Shown: one piece after another, positions 34,266 through 43,775 of the stretch | How positions within the stretch are numbered: position 1 is the first letter of the stretch | Layout: each line of letters begins with the position of its first letter | Source of the DNA: a virus | IMG/VR virus record: IMGVR_UViG_3300045988_133688 | DNA: 49,882 bases | Strand: one strand, 5' to 3' | Program-made: the position numbers and the translations under genes | The notes under the pieces: model-generated | The model's database searches: none | The model's input: the letters and a program-made list of their open reading frames with translations, nothing else | What the model was told of the DNA's origin: nothing

Positions 34266-34640
34266 TTATACATTTTCTGGGTATTCCAACTGCAGCAGTT
34301 CTTTGCAGTATTGAATAACCTGAATATAATTATTATATACTGCTTGAGTTATTATTCTCCGTTGAAGTATAGTGAGCTTATTCTTAAGAATATACTTGTT
34401 TATATTCATAGATAAAGCCTTGTCATTACATCTTCTTTTGTCATCCAGCTCAATAGCTAATTGCGCATAGTGGATGCATTTCTTTATATCCTGAGCACCA
34501 TTTTTATTCTTATATCTACTGATATATTTTACTATACAGCCTTGGATAAAAGAACATCTAAGAGCAGCTATTAGCTCTATTGGCTGAAAAGCCATATCCT
34601 TGTAATGGCTTCCGCCTACTTGACTTTCTATTGCTTTCAT
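34266..34640 (-). CDS. DUF3310 / SaV-like protein
   Basis: QVGGSHYKDMAFQPIELI...GCIVKYISRYKNKNGAQDIKKCIHYAQL matches the remembered DUF3310 pattern. Confidence 0.55.
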   Translation of the reverse strand: MKAIESQVGGSHYKDMAFQPIELIAALRCSFIQGCIVKYISRYKNKNGAQDIKKCIHYAQLAIELDDKRRCNDKALSMNINKYILKNKLTILQRRIITQAVYNNYIQVIQYCKELLQLEYPENV

Positions 34641-34978
34641 ACCTTTACTCTATTTAGTGTGGTTGCAAAATCTCGTTTTTCAGGAATAAGCCCATTATAT
34701 ACTCTTAGCTCATCCATTAGCATTACAGAATTGTAGTGGTCTGGAAAGGCCTTTTTAATTCTATAGGTTGTCTCTTTGCTGAGTATACCTTTTTCACCTT
34801 CAGTGGCCATTTCTATATATCCAAGCTTTACAAACTTGTATACATAAGCGGTCACTGAATTTCTACCAGGCTCATTGCCTAATAGCATTTCCTCTGAGCT
34901 GATAACATTTCCTACGTTATCATTCACCAGCTTAATCATTCTAGAAAAAACTGGAATTGCTTTACCATTTCTTCCCAT
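34637..34978 (-). CDS. Hypothetical protein (113 aa from the ATG at 34978)
   Basis: Track ORF 34637..35083 overlaps the helicase gene by 104 nt. The ATG at 34978 lies 1 nt after the helicase stop. Confidence 0.55.
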   Translation of the reverse strand: MGRNGKAIPVFSRMIKLVNDNVGNVISSEEMLLGNEPGRNSVTAYVYKFVKLGYIEMATEGEKGILSKETTYRIKKAFPDHYNSVMLMDELRVYNGLIPEKRDFATTLNRVKV

Positions 34979-34979
34979 A

Positions 34980-36419
34980 TTACATGAATTTTTTATATTT
35001 GTCAATTTTTGCTTTAATGCTATCCATAAGAGCATTCTGCTTTCTGTCTTTTGCTTTAAGTGCTCTAATAACATCTTCATCATGAGTGCCTTGCAATATC
35101 AAGTGGTTAATTACCACATGATTTTGTTGGCCTTGACGATATAATCGAGCATTGAATTGTTGATACAACTCTAAGCTCCATGTTTGTCCAAACCAAACTA
35201 TTATGCTACCTCCTGCTTGAAGGTTAAGTCCATGGCCTGCTGATGCCGGATGCGCGAGCATAACTTGTATTTTGCCTGCATTCCAGTCTTCAATATCTTT
35301 ATTGGTTTTAAGCTCTCTTGGCTTATATGCTTTAAGGTGCTTCATTATTCTATCGCGGTCAAATTGATAGGTCCATGCAACTAATACAGATTGGCCATTC
35401 GCATCCTCGATTATTTCCTTAAGAGCATCCAGCTTTATATCATGAATTGGAAACACGTTTCTTTCTTCATCATATATCGCGCCGTTAGCAAACTGTAATA
35501 GCTTGTTTGAAAGAGCTGCTGCATTAACAACATTAACTTCGACTGGCTTTTCTACCATTACAGAGTTACCATTTTCATCCTCTTCTTCTACCGTCTCAAC
35601 AGTATTTATGAGGTCAAGCACTTTATTCTTTTCGAAATCATCATATTGCTTTTTCAAGTCATCGGGCATTCTAAGCTTTATATAATTATCTGTCCTGAAT
35701 GGCATTTCAAGATAATCATCAGCTTTCATGCTTATGCAAATATCCTCTATTTTCTTATGAATAAGCTTTTCTGAGTCATCCATAAGATTATAAGAATAGA
35801 CAACATGCCCATTAGTTTGACCTGGTCGAAAATATCTTTCTCTGTATCTGGATATTGTCTTTTCAAGGCGCTCGCCTCTATCCATAAGATATATTTGAGG
35901 CCACAAATCAATAAGTCCATTAGGTGCCGGAGTGCCAGTTAGTCCAACTAAGCGCTTAAGATAAGGTCTTGCTCCACGCAAAGCCTTAAAACGTTCAGAT
36001 TTATAAGACTTAAAGCTGCTAAGCTCATCAACTACTACCATATCAAATGGCAATTTGCCTCCGCCATACATAGCACATAACCATGCAACATTGTCTCTTG
36101 ATATAATATAGACATCAGCTTTTGTTTCTGTTATGGCATGTATACGTTGTTTCTGAGTACCTATTATTTTTGAAAAGCGCAAATGCTTTAGGTGGTCCCA
36201 CTTTTCAGCTTCTTCTTGCCATACAGACTCAGCAACTCTCTTTGGTGCTATGACTAATACTGAATTTATTTCTAGATAGTCAAACATCAAATAGTTTATA
36301 GCAGTAAGAGTTGATACCGTCTTGCCAAGCCCCATATCGAGAAATACTCCGCAATATGGGTGAGTTATAATGTGCTCAACACACGCTTTTTGGTATTTAT
36401 GTAAATCTGCTTCTTTCAT
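34980..36419 (-). CDS. SNF2-family DNA helicase/translocase
   Basis: DMGLGKT (motif I), VVVDELSSFKS (motif II), LTGTP (III), ARLYRQGQ (VI). Confidence 0.85.
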   Translation of the reverse strand: MKEADLHKYQKACVEHIITHPYCGVFLDMGLGKTVSTLTAINYLMFDYLEINSVLVIAPKRVAESVWQEEAEKWDHLKHLRFSKIIGTQKQRIHAITETKADVYIISRDNVAWLCAMYGGGKLPFDMVVVDELSSFKSYKSERFKALRGARPYLKRLVGLTGTPAPNGLIDLWPQIYLMDRGERLEKTISRYRERYFRPGQTNGHVVYSYNLMDDSEKLIHKKIEDICISMKADDYLEMPFRTDNYIKLRMPDDLKKQYDDFEKNKVLDLINTVETVEEEDENGNSVMVEKPVEVNVVNAAALSNKLLQFANGAIYDEERNVFPIHDIKLDALKEIIEDANGQSVLVAWTYQFDRDRIMKHLKAYKPRELKTNKDIEDWNAGKIQVMLAHPASAGHGLNLQAGGSIIVWFGQTWSLELYQQFNARLYRQGQQNHVVINHLILQGTHDEDVIRALKAKDRKQNALMDSIKAKIDKYKKFM

Positions 36420-36712
36420 TTATTTAGCATTATATCTTCTATGAAATTTATCACATCTTCAACAGAGTCAATTACTTCGACTCTAAAGCCAAGAGCTCTA
36501 AGCTTTTTGTGCATATAGGTTTGTATGCGTCTTGGCTTTTGGCCTGTAGTTTTAGTTTCCACAAATGCCATTTTATGGTTAGGAAATAAGCAGAGCCTAT
36601 CAGGTAGACCTATTAGCTGGTCACATAATAGCTTTATGCACATGCCATTATTTATTTTGACAAGCTCCACTAATTTCCGTTCTACTAGTTTCTCGCTATC
36701 TATTTGCTTCAT
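36416..36712 (-). CDS. VRR-NUC domain nuclease
   Basis: GLPDRLCLFPNHKMAFVETKTTGQKPRRIQ, the D...E-x-K pattern of VRR-NUC. 98 aa. Confidence 0.7.
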   Translation of the reverse strand: MKQIDSEKLVERKLVELVKINNGMCIKLLCDQLIGLPDRLCLFPNHKMAFVETKTTGQKPRRIQTYMHKKLRALGFRVEVIDSVEDVINFIEDIMLNK

Positions 36713-36897
36713 ACTCTGTGCATATATACTGCATATTCGCTTTTATCAATGTTGAAAACAACTTTATCTGCCACAAAAGTTTGTCCGGAAAACTCTATGA
36801 ATGTTCCTTTTTGTGGAACGCATTCTATATTCCTAAAAGCAATAAGCTTTGTAAACTTATGATTATTAGGTATTGCATGATAAAAATTTACTATCAT
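36709..36897 (-). CDS. Hypothetical small protein (62 aa)
   Basis: ORF track. 4-nt overlaps on both sides. Confidence 0.5.
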   Translation of the reverse strand: MIVNFYHAIPNNHKFTKLIAFRNIECVPQKGTFIEFSGQTFVADKVVFNIDKSEYAVYMHRV

Positions 36898-39296
36898 AAT
36901 AAGCTGTCTTTACGTTTGTAATACTTTTGTTTACCGTATATGGAGAAATTCTTCGTTGAGTTTATATATTCCCAGTCACTTAACGACTTAAGAATTTCAT
37001 TTATCTCACGCGTTTTATATCTATCCATATCCGTTTTATCTTTGCCAAGGCATTCACACCATATCTCTGCTACACACACAAAGTCTTTTTGAATTGTTCC
37101 GTTTTGTGATAATGGGTCTTCAAGCCATCTTCTTCTGTCATAAAGGTCCATTTCACTCCAGTTGTCTGGATATTTTCTATTAAGGAACTCTTCAATAATA
37201 CCTTTGCGCTCATCTGACTCTGAGTGTTTATGTTGCTCAATCTTAGCAATCTTATCTTCTTCACCCGTCATATACAGAGGCTCTCCAGCATTATATAAAA
37301 CATAAGCTTCAGCCCATATCTGGTCTATCTCATCTTCTGTAAGGTCATCAACAACAGACTTCTTTACAAATTCTGGTCTTACGTCTATAGGCAAAAAGCG
37401 TCTGTTTCCTGTTGGGTCGCGCAAGAAATCATCTTTATTGGTAGTACCAAAAAACACGCATTGGCGCTTGTAGGTTTCTACTGTTCTGCCATAAGCGGGT
37501 CTAAACTGGTCTTCACGTTTTGATATAAAGTGCTTAATAGTTTCAACCTCTGCTTTTTTCAAACCAGAGAGCTCTGCCATTTCAATTATCCACGCTCCTT
37601 GCAGTTGTTCAAATGACTCCTTGCCTTGTACTGTCGTAAACGTGTCTGAAAACCAGTATTTGCCGAGCTTTTTAATAAATGTACTTTTGTATGTTTCTTG
37701 AGGGCCAACCAATATAAGTGCCGTGTCGAATTTCGTACCTGGCACAAGCACTCTGGCAACAGCTGCACAAAGAGACTTTCTGATGGCAGCTCTAGTGTAT
37801 AAGTTATCATCTGCTCCAAAGTAGTCTATTAGCAAAGTATCTATTCTCTTAATGCCATCCCAGCTAAGTTCTTTTAAGTACTCTACTATTGGATGGAACT
37901 TTTTCTTTTCAATTTCGAGCGCCATCGCATCATCAACTTTCTGGCTTGCGACAATACCATATACACACTCAATATAATTGCGAACACCAGAATAATCGAC
38001 ATCACGCACAGGCTCAGGAGCAGATATGCTACGCCATGGCATAGACCTCGTAATATAGACTTTATTGTCAAATGTATTGCGCTTAAACGCATTTTTAATG
38101 AATTGGTCATTTTGTATTATTATATTTAAGTTATTGGCTGAATTTTCGAAGTCTCCTTTAGTATTTGCATCAAGCTGAGACATCCAATCACCATCTGTTT
38201 GCTCTTCTGCTTCTTGAATAGCTTCTTCAGCAAACTCGAATTTAGCTTCTGCAAATTTCTCATCCGCAATATGCTTCTTAGTCAATGGGTCTTTAGATGC
38301 AAATTCTTCCATTGCCTTGAAGCTCTTTTTGTCTTTGTCTTCTTTCTCTTTGCCTGTATCTAAATGGCCGAACTTATGAATGCGTACAAGGTCAAAGGCG
38401 TTGCACAATCTACCTCCAGCTGGGTCTGTTCCATGGTGCGAATAAGCAAATTTATCATCATAGACTATTAAGCCCACAGCTGTAGAGCCGTTTATATATG
38501 TATATCGGCCTTCTCCTGCTGGAGTATAAACATCTTGCAAAAAAGCCTCAATAGCTTCTTGAATTGAATATGTGCGGCAAAATAAACCAATGATACCTTT
38601 TTTATTTTCAGGGTCTTCTTGCTTTTTAATTGCTTGCAATATAGTATCAGTACTATTTGAAGCTGTTGGCCATTCACTCGTATCATGCCAATCGTTATAC
38701 AAACTTAGTATATAATCAGCCTCAAGAAATGGTCCGTCTTGAAATTCAAAATAGTACTCTGCATCTGAAGATACAGACGGCCAAAACATAAGCCTATTCA
38801 CATCAAAAGTCGACTGGTCAAACAAATCAATGTTTAGGTCCCCGGCGACTTTTCTTGCTATGGCTTGATATTCCTCTTGTGATACTTCTCTATCTAGTGG
38901 AATTATCAATCTGTGCCTTGGCTTTGTAGCACTCGACTTATGGGTTGAATGTATAACTGCTGCACATCCAAATAGCATTGTGAAATCCCACCAAAAATTT
39001 TCATGTGAAAAGTCCACATCCAAAGTAAGAAGCTGGCGGTATAAAACATTAGTTTTATCACGCCTGCCATTTGTGAGAAATCCTCCCACAAAGCCACCAA
39101 CATCTTTTATCTTGCTCTGCTCCTCCTTAGTGGCATTCATGAACTGCTTATATGTTTCAGCAGTTACCACTGGAGTAGATAGCTTTTGTACTAGAGCATT
39201 CCAAGTAATTTTGGTATTTTTCCATATCTTACTTGAAACACTCATTCCAATAGCTATGCTAAGATTTTCATCATATTCTAATTTACCTACTTGCAT
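36894..39296 (-). CDS. Primase-helicase (VirE-N-like primase domain plus P-loop NTPase)
   Basis: LLTLDVDFSHE and AAVIHSTHKS (primase-type acidic/His motifs). LVGPQETYKSTFIKKLG (Walker A variant typical of VirE/D5-like proteins). 800 aa. Confidence 0.75.
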   Translation of the reverse strand: MQVGKLEYDENLSIAIGMSVSSKIWKNTKITWNALVQKLSTPVVTAETYKQFMNATKEEQSKIKDVGGFVGGFLTNGRRDKTNVLYRQLLTLDVDFSHENFWWDFTMLFGCAAVIHSTHKSSATKPRHRLIIPLDREVSQEEYQAIARKVAGDLNIDLFDQSTFDVNRLMFWPSVSSDAEYYFEFQDGPFLEADYILSLYNDWHDTSEWPTASNSTDTILQAIKKQEDPENKKGIIGLFCRTYSIQEAIEAFLQDVYTPAGEGRYTYINGSTAVGLIVYDDKFAYSHHGTDPAGGRLCNAFDLVRIHKFGHLDTGKEKEDKDKKSFKAMEEFASKDPLTKKHIADEKFAEAKFEFAEEAIQEAEEQTDGDWMSQLDANTKGDFENSANNLNIIIQNDQFIKNAFKRNTFDNKVYITRSMPWRSISAPEPVRDVDYSGVRNYIECVYGIVASQKVDDAMALEIEKKKFHPIVEYLKELSWDGIKRIDTLLIDYFGADDNLYTRAAIRKSLCAAVARVLVPGTKFDTALILVGPQETYKSTFIKKLGKYWFSDTFTTVQGKESFEQLQGAWIIEMAELSGLKKAEVETIKHFISKREDQFRPAYGRTVETYKRQCVFFGTTNKDDFLRDPTGNRRFLPIDVRPEFVKKSVVDDLTEDEIDQIWAEAYVLYNAGEPLYMTGEEDKIAKIEQHKHSESDERKGIIEEFLNRKYPDNWSEMDLYDRRRWLEDPLSQNGTIQKDFVCVAEIWCECLGKDKTDMDRYKTREINEILKSLSDWEYINSTKNFSIYGKQKYYKRKDSLL

Positions 39297-39310
39297 AATA
39301 AATCATAATA

Positions 39311-41287
39311 CTAATCTTTCAAATAGAATGGTGTAGTATAACCATCAGCTCTCAATGGAAGGTCAGATGCCCACTCAGGAGGAGTGCCCATAATTCTTGC
39401 CATTTCCTCATAATATGCTTGCGCATTCTCTTCTGGAACTTCAACAAGGCATTCATCATGAATATGGCATACAGGATAATAACCTGCACTTTCGAGTTGA
39501 AGCATAGAACTACCAAGCAAATCACGAGCTATTGCCTGTACTATGTTCTCTGTTAGTTTACCACCATAAGTATCTATTTCTCCCCATTGTTTAGTCTCTT
39601 GCACAACCCCTTGATAGCATAATACTCGAGTCGGCATTGTAGACCTGCCTATTTTCTTATCTTTGAACCGTGGCCCATAATAGAATAACTTTCTACCAGA
39701 AGGCAATTGAATTGTCATAAATTCGCCATCACAGTCAAAGATTATTTTTCTGCATGTACATGAAACTGGCCTTTGATAACGAACAGCTTCTTTTGAAGCT
39801 TCATCAATTTCCTTCCACATATCCACAATTGCAGGATTTGCCATGCGCCACTTACGCACCAGGCTCATCATTTCAGTGTCTGATAAACCCATTCGCTCAC
39901 CGCCCATTCGCTTAAGTGCTCCTAATGAGCCCTCATAACCGAGTGCAAGCTCTGAGATTTTTGACTTATCGCGTAATACTGAGCCTTTGGTAATTGATGA
40001 AATAGGCACATTGAACATCTTTGCACCTGTCGCTTCATAAATCTTGCCATCGCCTCTAAATACATCCATGCGCCATTTTTCATTGGCAAGCCAAGATATA
40101 ACTCGTGCTTCAATAGCTGAGAAGTCTGCGACACTAAACACTTTGCCTTTTGGAGCAATAAGTGCTGTTCTTACAAGTTGCGAAAGAATATCTGCAACAT
40201 CATCATACATCATCTCAACTGTTTCCCAATCACGAGCTCTGATTAGCTCACGCGGTACTTCAATATGTGATATGTGGTTCTTTGATAAGTTCTGCAACTG
40301 CAATAATCTACCTGCCCATCTACCAGTTCTATTTGCGCCATAGAATTGGAATGTACCTCTAACTCTGTGGTCTTTCATAGCGCAGTTGAGCATAGCATAA
40401 TACTTCTTAATTGAAGTTTTTGATAGTTTTTTGCGTATATTGAGCAACTCAATTACATCTGGATAGTCTGCAAACTCTTTAAGCAAGTCAGGCATTGTTT
40501 CTTTTGAAAGTGACAATACAGCATTGCCTGTTTTCTTTTCTATCCATTGCCGAATTTGTACAGGCGAATTTGGATTTTCAAGACCTGTTAACTGCTGAGC
40601 ATGTTGAGTTAGTATAGAAGTATAAGTATTATCTACTGCAATAGCAGACTCTGCTAACTCCATATCTACCAAAATACCTCTATCATTGATATTCTGGTCA
40701 AGCACGTACATTTCTCGCTCAATCTTTGGAATGATATAAGACTCTAATCTATGAAATATCTCACGCTCAGCTAAGACATCATATTTATTATACTCTTTAT
40801 ACATTTCCCACTTCTCAGGAGCATGTTCTGGATAGTTGCGCGTACGCATTCCGTTAACTCTGGTTGCTTTGCATGGGCATGAAAAATACTTAATAAGTGC
40901 TTTACCTGTATCAAGCTTCTTATCTGTAAGATTAAGAGCCTTTGATACACCATCCAATGAAAGTGGTAAACCGCAATATGCGGCTTTCACTGAAGTACAA
41001 TACCACTGTTCTGCTGGGATGTTATAACCTATTCGCTTAAAACTAAGTCGCTCAAATACTGCATTATGAGCAACTTTTACACACTCTGGGTCAAGCAATG
41101 CTTCTTCAAACTCTTCAGGCATTTCTTCGCCTTGAGCTAAATCAATAATGTTAACTGGTCCATCATCTAATGCATATCCTATAATCAGTATTTCAAAGTC
41201 CGGTGACTCTATATATTTATAGGCACCAGAGTCTTTAATATCTACTGAGGAAAATGTTTCGACGTCTATGAAAAGATATTTCGCCAT
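39311..41287 (-). CDS. Family A DNA polymerase with 3'-5' exonuclease domain
   Basis: LFIDVETFS (Exo I), YNKYDV (Exo III-like), DFSAIEARV (motif A), RDKSKISELALGYEGSLGAL (motif B), CHIHDECLVE (motif C). Confidence 0.9.
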   Translation of the reverse strand: MAKYLFIDVETFSSVDIKDSGAYKYIESPDFEILIIGYALDDGPVNIIDLAQGEEMPEEFEEALLDPECVKVAHNAVFERLSFKRIGYNIPAEQWYCTSVKAAYCGLPLSLDGVSKALNLTDKKLDTGKALIKYFSCPCKATRVNGMRTRNYPEHAPEKWEMYKEYNKYDVLAEREIFHRLESYIIPKIEREMYVLDQNINDRGILVDMELAESAIAVDNTYTSILTQHAQQLTGLENPNSPVQIRQWIEKKTGNAVLSLSKETMPDLLKEFADYPDVIELLNIRKKLSKTSIKKYYAMLNCAMKDHRVRGTFQFYGANRTGRWAGRLLQLQNLSKNHISHIEVPRELIRARDWETVEMMYDDVADILSQLVRTALIAPKGKVFSVADFSAIEARVISWLANEKWRMDVFRGDGKIYEATGAKMFNVPISSITKGSVLRDKSKISELALGYEGSLGALKRMGGERMGLSDTEMMSLVRKWRMANPAIVDMWKEIDEASKEAVRYQRPVSCTCRKIIFDCDGEFMTIQLPSGRKLFYYGPRFKDKKIGRSTMPTRVLCYQGVVQETKQWGEIDTYGGKLTENIVQAIARDLLGSSMLQLESAGYYPVCHIHDECLVEVPEENAQAYYEEMARIMGTPPEWASDLPLRADGYTTPFYLKD

Positions 41288-41316
41288 TATTTCTTAATTT
41301 GATATTATAAAATTAG

Positions 41317-41397
41317 GAGTATAGGCGGGACTCGAACCCGCATAACAGGCACACAAACCAATGGCGCTCTGTGGTTTTACCATTAAACTACTATACT
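41317..41397 (-). tRNA. tRNA-like gene with a non-canonical anticodon arm (isotype undetermined)
   Basis: Minus strand: acceptor AGTATAG/CTATACT, D arm GTTT-AATGGTA-AAAC, T arm GCGGG-TTCGAGT-CCCGC. The middle 31 nt folds as ACAG-A-GCGC / 11-nt loop CATTGGTTTGT / GTGC-CTGT, not as a 5-bp stem with a 7-nt loop. Confidence 0.5.
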
Positions 41398-41416
41398 TGC
41401 TGATGCAGAGAGGAAA

Positions 41417-41965
41417 TTACATCAGCTCGTCGTCCCATTCATTCTCGCCTCCGAAGTCCTCTTCAGCAGTAGAACCACCGGCCAACATCTCACCGTCTTC
41501 GAGCTTCTGAAGATTGTTCAATCCAGCTGCAATGCCTTTGGATGAAACATTGAAGGCATAGAAGTTGATTGATGCACGGCCATAACAACCACTGTAGAAC
41601 TCCTCTTTCTCCATGATAGGATTGAGGTCTTTGTCCACGATGCTTGGCTTGCGCTGGCTATTGGCATTGATGAAGTACATGCCTTCGAATGCTGGGTCGT
41701 CGCCACGCTCATCGTCGCCATCACGCAGAGGCAACTTGAGGTTTGAAGGTATCTTGCCATTCTTGTCTGCGAGCTTGGCTTTACCTGCCTGTTTAGCTGC
41801 CTCGATAGCCTTGTTAATCTTATCAAGGGTCTTTGCATCATCTTTCGGGATAAGAATGCAGATATTGTACTTAGGTGTATCGCCCTCGTTCATAGCCGTA
41901 GGCTCGAACACGTTCACGTAGCAAAATCTTACTTTGCCGGTTACAACTTTTGTTGAATTTTCCAT
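41417..41965 (-). CDS. ssDNA-binding protein (DUF2815-like)
   Basis: N-terminal VTGKVRFCYVNVFEP...KYNICILIPKDD. Acidic C-terminal tail DFGGENEWDDELM. Sits next to the polymerase and nuclease genes. Confidence 0.65.
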   Translation of the reverse strand: MENSTKVVTGKVRFCYVNVFEPTAMNEGDTPKYNICILIPKDDAKTLDKINKAIEAAKQAGKAKLADKNGKIPSNLKLPLRDGDDERGDDPAFEGMYFINANSQRKPSIVDKDLNPIMEKEEFYSGCYGRASINFYAFNVSSKGIAAGLNNLQKLEDGEMLAGGSTAEEDFGGENEWDDELM

Positions 41966-41998
41966 TTTTACTTAATTTTAATTGTTATACTTGAGTTG

Positions 41999-43216
41999 TT
42001 ATGCTTCTTCTGCGAAGTCTAGTTGTGCTTGATTATAACCCATTGCTGGTCTCTTGTCTTCAAGCGGTACAAGAGTAGGTTTGCCTTGAGGTTTTACAAC
42101 CACATCAGATAAAATTTCTTCAAAGCGCTTTTTGCCTACTATCTTCTCAATTGAAGTAATTGGCTTAAGCTTCATGTTGAAAATCTCGTCTTCTGACAGC
42201 TCAGGGCAACGAGCAAAGATTGCATTTGAGGCTTGGTCTTCATCAATCCATTTGCGTCTGCTTATACCCTCAACGAGCTTAAAACCTGGCCATTGCTTAT
42301 TCTCTTCTATAGCTTTTTTCTGTGCATATTCTGCTATAGAATTTGCCCATTCTACAAGTTTAGGAGTACGGCGAATAATATCGGCAATCTCATCATCTGT
42401 AAGAAGTGCTGGCTCTGTAAACTCATGCTGAGCTATTTCAAGCTGTTGCTCATACAACTTTCTACACCGATTACGAACAGCACAAAATCTGCACCAATCT
42501 CCAGCATTAAGTTCACCTTCACCATTGAATGCAAGTTGTGCTTTTGGTTTAAGCTCTTCTTCGGCCCATTTACGAAGCTCTTCCACAGATATTTGCCATG
42601 AAGATATATTGTTGATGCGAGGTTGCACAATCGTCAATCGTACCTCAGATATATCATACATAGTATCATATTTCTGCAATGCTCCAAGACCATAAAGCAT
42701 GAGTTGTTTATTCCATTCAGCATATACTGGAACACCTTTTCCGTACTTCAAGTCAATAACTTCCATGATGTTGTCATTGATAATAACACAGTCAGCTGTT
42801 CCAAAGCTCTCTGGTATAAAGTCCGTCAAATCGAGTTTCTGTTCAATTTCCATTACAGCTAAAGGATTAGCTGTCTTGGCCTCTGCTAATTGAGCTGCGC
42901 AATAGTCTGTATAAGTCGGAACTACATCAAGCATTTCCTCATTAAACAGTTCATTCGCCATTATCTCTTCAAGACGCTGGTCAAAGTCTTGCTCGCTAAT
43001 ATCAAGCAGAGTATCACGCCTAATATAAAGCTCTGAGAGCTCATGAGCCAATGTGCCTTCTTGCGCATATACGGAGCTTTTCTTTTCTCCATATTCATCT
43101 TCAAGCTTTGCAGATGGAGTACATTTAAGCCATCTTCCAGCTCCAGAAGCCGAGAGGAGTGCATGACTCCTCTGGCTATGCTTCTGTGGTTTAGTGCTAG
43201 TTGTTTGCTGCTTCAT
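41999..43216 (-). CDS. PD-(D/E)XK exonuclease with Cas4-like Cys cluster (DUF2800-like)
   Basis: DCVIINDNIMEVIDLKYGKG (D...D-x-K) and CRFCAVRNRC (C-x2-C-x5-C), plus an N-terminal Cys in WLKCTPS. Confidence 0.75.
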   Translation of the reverse strand: MKQQTTSTKPQKHSQRSHALLSASGAGRWLKCTPSAKLEDEYGEKKSSVYAQEGTLAHELSELYIRRDTLLDISEQDFDQRLEEIMANELFNEEMLDVVPTYTDYCAAQLAEAKTANPLAVMEIEQKLDLTDFIPESFGTADCVIINDNIMEVIDLKYGKGVPVYAEWNKQLMLYGLGALQKYDTMYDISEVRLTIVQPRINNISSWQISVEELRKWAEEELKPKAQLAFNGEGELNAGDWCRFCAVRNRCRKLYEQQLEIAQHEFTEPALLTDDEIADIIRRTPKLVEWANSIAEYAQKKAIEENKQWPGFKLVEGISRRKWIDEDQASNAIFARCPELSEDEIFNMKLKPITSIEKIVGKKRFEEILSDVVVKPQGKPTLVPLEDKRPAMGYNQAQLDFAEEA

Positions 43217-43380
43217 AATACTCCCCCACGTTTATCATATCCTACTGTTACCTCAGCAGCTCCAGACTTTGTGATAAATCTGGCCATGGCTGAAAGTAAA
43301 ACTGAGCATGTTGCATGCAATGCAGGATTTTGTTTACGGAACTTGATTGCTGCTTGTTGCAGCTTCTTTTTATTTGCCAT
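43213..43380 (-). CDS. Small hypothetical protein (55 aa, below the ORF-track cutoff)
   Basis: My own translation: MANKKKLQQAAIKFRKQNPALHATCSVLLSAMARFITKSGAAEVTVGYDKRGGVL. ATGA overlap with the nuclease start. Confidence 0.5.
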   Translation of the reverse strand: MANKKKLQQAAIKFRKQNPALHATCSVLLSAMARFITKSGAAEVTVGYDKRGGVL

Positions 43381-43775
43381 TACAGTGACTCTAAGAAGTT
43401 AAACATTTCATCATACTTGGCCGGGTCAAGCTTTGTTACACTCGGAGCACCAAGCTCACTGAGTTTCTGCTTAATTACGTCGCGGTGCTCATTCACCTTC
43501 TTTGCAAGCATTGCCCGCACATCCTCTATGCTCTTAGAGGCAGAAGAAGCAGCCTGAGCAGCAGGTGCTCCAGGAGCAGGAGTAGCAGCGGGCTTTGTCG
43601 GGGCAGGTGCTGCAGCTGGAGCTTGAGGCTCTGGGGCTGGAGCGGGCGTTGGCTGAGGAGCCGGTTTAGCAGGTGCTACAGAAGTAGCCACATTACCAAG
43701 CAACGACTTGATGAAGTTCTGTGTATTTTCTGACAGGTTTACACTAACCTCTACGGAAATTTTAATCGCTTCCAT
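43380..43775 (-). CDS. Hypothetical protein with a Pro/Ala-rich linker (131 aa)
   Basis: APAKPAPQPTPAPAPEPQAPAAAPAPTKPAATPAPGAPAA linker between two small domains. Confidence 0.6.
   Translation of the reverse strand: MEAIKISVEVSVNLSENTQNFIKSLLGNVATSVAPAKPAPQPTPAPAPEPQAPAAAPAPTKPAATPAPGAPAAQAASSASKSIEDVRAMLAKKVNEHRDVIKQKLSELGAPSVTKLDPAKYDEMFNFLESL

Noticed and set aside
41317-41397. Suppressor tRNA implying stop-codon reassignment
   Set aside because: All large genes (tape measure, polymerase, primase, terL and others) are intact under the standard code with no in-frame stops. No CUA, UCA or UUA anticodon can be placed in a canonical loop.
41399-41426. Hairpin GCTGATG...CATCAGC overlapping the SSB stop codon, as a possible terminator
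   Set aside because: No U-run follows on the minus strand, and the tRNA-like gene starts immediately after it. It is more likely a processing or stability element, or incidental.
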